DNA of 64,000 nt from Pseudomonadota bacterium (GTDB lineage Bacteria > Bdellovibrionota_C > UBA2361 > OMII01), in contig JAYPVM010000006.1 of assembly GCA_038134595.1 (NCBI GenBank), positions 64,001-128,000 of the forward strand, read 5' to 3'. The position numbers and the translations under genes were made by a program. The notes beneath the pieces were generated by a model. The model searched no databases, had not been told where the DNA came from, and was given only the letters and a program-made list of their open reading frames with translations. Shown here in pieces: positions 59,592-64,000 of the stretch. Position 1 is the stretch's first letter, and each line of letters begins with the position of its first letter.

Positions 59592-61169
59592 TCAGTGGCG
59601 AAAATGCCTATCTGGAGCAAAAAACAAACTGATGTTCTTCTCCGTTGCAACCTTACAGACCTCATCATCCCGACGAGCTCCCGATGGAGCAACAACCGCA
59701 CACACTCCCTGCTCCGCAAACGCCTCGATAGAATCGGCAAACGGGAAGAAGGCATCGGAGGCGGCAACAGCACCATCGACAATATGCCCGTGCATTTTAG
59801 CTTTTTTGAATGCCAACTCTATCGAATCAATACGACTCATCTGACCAGCTCCAACACCGATTAAAAGGCCATCTCGAACTAGTACAATCGCATTTGATTT
59901 GACGTGTCCCACAACACGCCACGCCAATTCTATATCAGAAAGCTCTTCTTCACTCGGAATCCTCGAACTCACTAAGCCCTCAATAGTTACAGATGACCGC
60001 TCAACATCAGATTCCTGCACTAGTACCGAACCTGCTACAGTGCGCAACTCTAATCCACCTAAAGATCCATCACCAGTCTCGATAAGCCGAAGGTTTTTTC
60101 TTGTCTCGAGGATAGCTCGTGCCTCTTTCGAGTACGATGGCGCAATCACAATTTCAGCAAAATCTCCCTTTATCTCTTCTGCAGCCTCACCATCAACACA
60201 ACAACTCAGGACAAGGATTCCTCCGAAATGACTACGAGGGTCGCATTGTTTTGCTCTTTGAATCGCAGAAACTGCCGTTTCCCCTGTTGCTAATCCGCAT
60301 GGATTAAGGTGCTTAAGTATCGCCACGGTAGGTACACCTTTAGGCAAATCAGTCATTAATCGCAATCCTGCATCCAAATCGAGCATGTTATTGTAGGAAA
60401 GCTCCTTACCCTGTAACTGCTTCCAATGAACACCATCAAACAATCGTAGTCTATTACCTTTACTAGCATACACAGCTCCCGCTTGATGCGGATTCTCTCC
60501 GTATCTGAGTGACGCACTCCGTTCTAAGGTAAGCGTGAGTGACTCCGGGAACGCATCTCCAGTTACTTCATGCTCCGCGTTTGATGCCAGATACGAACCT
60601 ATCGAGGCATCATAACAGGACATGTAGGAAAATACTTTTGAAGCAAGTCGCCGTCGAAATGCACTATCAAACCCCTCGTTAGTCTTTACGCGGTCTATTA
60701 TCTCTGGATAATCCGCCGGATCAATCACCGGTAGCACATAGGCATGATTTTTGGCAGCGGCCCTGATCATCGTTGGACCACCGATATCAATAAGTTCCAC
60801 CATTTCCTGCAAAGAACTTGCACGCTCACTATTTATGTACTTTTGAAAAGGATAGAGATTCACCACTACTATATCGATAGCATCGATCTCGGCCTCAGCC
60901 AATTGCTGAGTGTGTGCAACGTTATCACGCTTGGCTAATATACCAGCGTGAATCTTTGGATGAAGGGTCTTCACTCGTCCATCAAGTAACTCAGCAACTC
61001 CCGTGTATGACTCTACACTCGTGCATGGAACATCCCCCTCTTTCAATAAGCGTCGCGTTCCAGAGGTAGCTAAAATTTCATAACCGGACTCCACTAAAGC
61101 TGCGCCAAGCTCAACTAACCCTTCTCCCTCAGAAACACTAAACAAAGCCCTCTTTTTCATTGAATCCAA
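59592..61169 (-). CDS. purH: bifunctional AICAR transformylase / IMP cyclohydrolase
   Basis: GRVKTLHP, IDIGGP-M-RAAAKN, LRYGENPHQ, KH-NPCG and ASDAFFPF. Confidence 0.98.
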   Translation of the reverse strand: MDSMKKRALFSVSEGEGLVELGAALVESGYEILATSGTRRLLKEGDVPCTSVESYTGVAELLDGRVKTLHPKIHAGILAKRDNVAHTQQLAEAEIDAIDIVVVNLYPFQKYINSERASSLQEMVELIDIGGPTMIRAAAKNHAYVLPVIDPADYPEIIDRVKTNEGFDSAFRRRLASKVFSYMSCYDASIGSYLASNAEHEVTGDAFPESLTLTLERSASLRYGENPHQAGAVYASKGNRLRLFDGVHWKQLQGKELSYNNMLDLDAGLRLMTDLPKGVPTVAILKHLNPCGLATGETAVSAIQRAKQCDPRSHFGGILVLSCCVDGEAAEEIKGDFAEIVIAPSYSKEARAILETRKNLRLIETGDGSLGGLELRTVAGSVLVQESDVERSSVTIEGLVSSRIPSEEELSDIELAWRVVGHVKSNAIVLVRDGLLIGVGAGQMSRIDSIELAFKKAKMHGHIVDGAVAASDAFFPFADSIEAFAEQGVCAVVAPSGARRDDEVCKVATEKNISLFFAPDRHFRH

Positions 61170-61429
61170 TCCCCAGCACTGTATCGAAATTTTTGTTTTA
61201 GTAGAGCTCCTAAGAGAAGTAACTTTAAGAGCCCTTTTTGCTCGCTAATACCTTAGCTTTTTTAGTTTTTTTCTTCTAGTCTCGGTTTGGCCTCTCAAAC
61301 CCAACAAAACGCATCTATGAAGAAGCCTACTAAGTATTGTATTTTCAAGGCGTTAAGGCCTTTCTCGTGCGATTCCCGAGCAACCTATTCCAAGATGCAT
61401 AGTTGCAGCAACTACGATATCCTTGAAAC

Positions 61430-63091
61430 ATGTCCAATACGCAACAACAACAAGAGCTATTAGAGCTCAATTCTCTGCGATGCGCCGCTGGCACGGATAT
61501 CGGGATGCTCCGTCGAGAGAATCAAGATTCATTCGGAATCATTCGAAATACATCTTTTCATGCCTACTTTGTGGCAGATGGAATGGGTGGAACCCAAGGT
61601 GGTGCTGTAGCATCAAGAATGACAATCAGCGCTCTTGAAAAAGAACTTGATGAAATTACAACCCCTCCAAGTGTCGGCGAACTACAAGAACTGTTAAAAA
61701 AAATCAATAAAGAGATATTTACCGCGGGCCAGAAGAATCCCGGCCTCGCCGGAATGGGGACAACTCTTGTAGGGCTGGTGTTTTCAAACGAATCGGTGAC
61801 TTCCCTTTATGTCGGAGATTCAAGAGCATACCGGATTCGAGGAAACGAAATAACCCAAATATCAGAAGATCACACTCTCATTAAAGAGCTCATCAAAACC
61901 GGAGCCGTCGATCCACAGGAAGAATCCTCCCATCCTATATCTCATTTGCTCACGAAATCGTTGGGTCCTACTGCAAACATACGGATCGATTGCACCCACT
62001 ACCAACATCCTGCGCAACGAGGAGATAGCTACATTCTGTGTTCAGATGGTCTCTACAATTATGTATCTAAAGAGGAGATCCTCTCAGTAGCGCTACAAAA
62101 CTCGCCTGATGATGCCAGCCAAATTTTAATAAACCTGGCCAATCAGCGCGGCGGGGCTGACAACATTACATTACTAATCGTTTCGGTCGAATCTGACCAA
62201 CAAATACGACTCAACCGAACTTTTAGTGAATTTGACGACGCCATTTCAGATCAGGACATCTATCCTCCAGAACAGGTGACACTACTCGAAGACACTGCAC
62301 ATACCGCTATCATCCCCCCCCCGGTACAAGAACCCCGCGACATGCGGGCTGAGCGCCGAACACTGCGCGAACAAAGGAAGAAAGCAGACACAAAAACTCC
62401 CTCGTATTCTATCGCCCTACTCCTTGCAATAACACTATTGGCAGGCCTTGCTATCGGAAATATTGGCAAAAGCATTTCTTCCGCCTTTACAGTCAAACAA
62501 CGTCAGACCTCTCAGTCACCGACAACATTCTCAGAGATTATGGCAAAAATAAAAGATGGATTTCCGAGTCAAGATTCCGGCCGATACGTTTCCAAGAACT
62601 CTCTACAAGCCAAACCCGACAAACAGCCACTTGCAATAAACACAACCTCAGGCAATAAGCTGGGCACATCCACTGAGCCGCAAACATCAGACGTAGATGC
62701 CGAGCCAGCTCATCCGGGCACCTCCCCAGCTATGGATAGCGATAAACTCAGGCGAGTGCTCGACTCCTGGAAAAGAAAGTCGCTATTTCTCGCAGAAAAC
62801 GAAGCACACTATCTGTCTCCTTTACTGTTAGACGCACTCGAAAATTATTCAGAACTGATACAAAACACTAGAGTAAGGCTTGAAAGTCTATCCTCCAGAA
62901 TAAATGCGACAGAAAATTATTCAAAGATTCATCCGGAGAAAAAGGAGATCCAAGAAGAACTTAAAAGTCTGAAAACAGCCGAGATACAGGCAAAAAAACA
63001 ACTGCGCCAGAGCGTTCATGAACTTGTACAAACAAATATCGAGGTACTATCTGCACAACTTCAGTCGCTACGATCAGACAACCGGCCCTAG
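61430..63091 (+). CDS. PP2C/Stp1-type Ser/Thr phosphatase with TM helix and C-terminal extracytoplasmic region
   Basis: R-ENQD, VADGMGG, GMGTT, VGDSRAY, LCSDGL and DNIT; TM segment IALLLAITLLAGLAIG. Confidence 0.9.
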   Translation: MSNTQQQQELLELNSLRCAAGTDIGMLRRENQDSFGIIRNTSFHAYFVADGMGGTQGGAVASRMTISALEKELDEITTPPSVGELQELLKKINKEIFTAGQKNPGLAGMGTTLVGLVFSNESVTSLYVGDSRAYRIRGNEITQISEDHTLIKELIKTGAVDPQEESSHPISHLLTKSLGPTANIRIDCTHYQHPAQRGDSYILCSDGLYNYVSKEEILSVALQNSPDDASQILINLANQRGGADNITLLIVSVESDQQIRLNRTFSEFDDAISDQDIYPPEQVTLLEDTAHTAIIPPPVQEPRDMRAERRTLREQRKKADTKTPSYSIALLLAITLLAGLAIGNIGKSISSAFTVKQRQTSQSPTTFSEIMAKIKDGFPSQDSGRYVSKNSLQAKPDKQPLAINTTSGNKLGTSTEPQTSDVDAEPAHPGTSPAMDSDKLRRVLDSWKRKSLFLAENEAHYLSPLLLDALENYSELIQNTRVRLESLSSRINATENYSKIHPEKKEIQEELKSLKTAEIQAKKQLRQSVHELVQTNIEVLSAQLQSLRSDNRP

Positions 63092-63987
63092 CGAACTTCT
63101 CTGATAAATGGGTCAGTGGGGATATACCTTTCAGATCGAAGCTGCAAGATTAAGCGTTCAGCATACAATTTATTTTTCTCAGGACCTACAAGAACTCTAT
63201 AGAAACTTTGCTGTCCAATAACTACAGATTCAATTGCGATAGGAAAGCCAGACTGCTTCAGACGCCGCGCCAACTTATCAGCATCCTGTAGTCGTTTTGG
63301 TGCCGCAACTTGCGCATAAAAACCAGTCGGTATTGACTCCGCAAATTTGCTATCGTCGCTGATAGCTTTCGGCGCTTGTTTTATTGCTTCTGCAGCAACT
63401 CGATCCTTTTCTCCTTGCCGTGCTAGGGGGTTCTTCTCCGAGGCAGGCTTCTCTTTCAAAACCCTTGGAATCGATGCCTCATCTCCAATGATAAGCTCTC
63501 CACCCGAAGTCAAATCCCGAAATAAGTCGTCACCTAAATCGCTCGGTTCGCCCCTATCTAAACCACTGGAATTCTTACCAGCTACCGCGCTTTCAGCCTC
63601 AAGCTTGATAGCTTCTCCACTCTCTTCAATAATTGCGGGTCGATTGAGCTTCTCATAAATCTTCGCCGAATTCTTTTCTACATCAACAAACGAAACATGG
63701 GGGACTGACAATTTTGCAAGATCTATTGCTGAGGTATCACGAGCAACCTGAAATCCTACGTGTCGACCCGAGTAAAATCCGACAAAGTATGCGCCACATA
63801 TGCCCGCCAATGCAAGGCCTATCCATACAGCGACCTGTAACTTACCCAACCGAACTTGAACCATTTGGGATTGATATCCTTCTCGCTCCGATGACGGACG
63901 CATCGTATATCCTTCCCGATTACCGCGGCTATTATGTCTGTAATAGCCGCTATTTCGCCCCTTATTTTCAGCTGCAGAGCCTCGCAT
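63088..63987 (-). CDS. SPOR-domain membrane protein (FtsN/DedD-like)
   Basis: N-terminal TM segment, low-complexity linker and C-terminal FYAQVAA...A--L---L...YRVLVGP. Confidence 0.85.
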   Translation of the reverse strand: MRGSAAENKGRNSGYYRHNSRGNREGYTMRPSSEREGYQSQMVQVRLGKLQVAVWIGLALAGICGAYFVGFYSGRHVGFQVARDTSAIDLAKLSVPHVSFVDVEKNSAKIYEKLNRPAIIEESGEAIKLEAESAVAGKNSSGLDRGEPSDLGDDLFRDLTSGGELIIGDEASIPRVLKEKPASEKNPLARQGEKDRVAAEAIKQAPKAISDDSKFAESIPTGFYAQVAAPKRLQDADKLARRLKQSGFPIAIESVVIGQQSFYRVLVGPEKNKLYAERLILQLRSERYIPTDPFIREVR

Positions 63988-64000
63988 ACATCCCTCCCGA

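Noticed and set aside
3601..63658. Numerous 60-185 aa antisense or alternate-frame ORFs inside well-supported genes
   Set aside because: Shadow ORFs of conserved coding sequences with no independent motifs.
1..64000. tRNA/rRNA genes, IS elements, prophage, CRISPR-Cas or known defence systems
   Set aside because: No tRNA cloverleaf, transposase, integrase, phage structural gene or repeat array was found by inspection.

Overview
Chromosomal core-genome window from a Gram-negative bacterium of moderate GC content. The gene set and protein style suggest a delta-proteobacteria-like lineage (Bdellovibrionota, Myxococcota or Binatia-like); this is inference. It holds about 50 genes: sufS, a fragmented division cluster (murC-murB-ftsQ-ftsA-ftsZ), tatBC, lpxD, lysC-tsaE-gnd, lepA, ugd/uxs with two GT-C-type membrane glycosyltransferases, an orphan nuoF, dnaB, a UbiA-HAD/DprE1/DprE2 polyprenyl-phospho-arabinose pathway, late menaquinone genes, trxA, prmA and purHD. 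I found no tRNA, rRNA, CRISPR array, transposase or prophage. The most striking unexplained signal is a self-contained unit at 1566-2598: a sigma70-like promoter, about 640 nt of ORF-free sequence that folds almost end to end into G-U-containing helices on the + strand, a 95-aa uncharacterised helical protein, and a terminator. This is a candidate new large structured RNA/protein system. Other candidates are an sRNA with anti-SD-like pyrimidine tracts (12706-12870), a structured dprE1 leader, and four intact ORFs that appear to have lost catalytic motifs (L,D-transpeptidase, NYN nuclease, radical SAM, GlpD-like). All RNA pairings were read by eye; no folding or database search was run.
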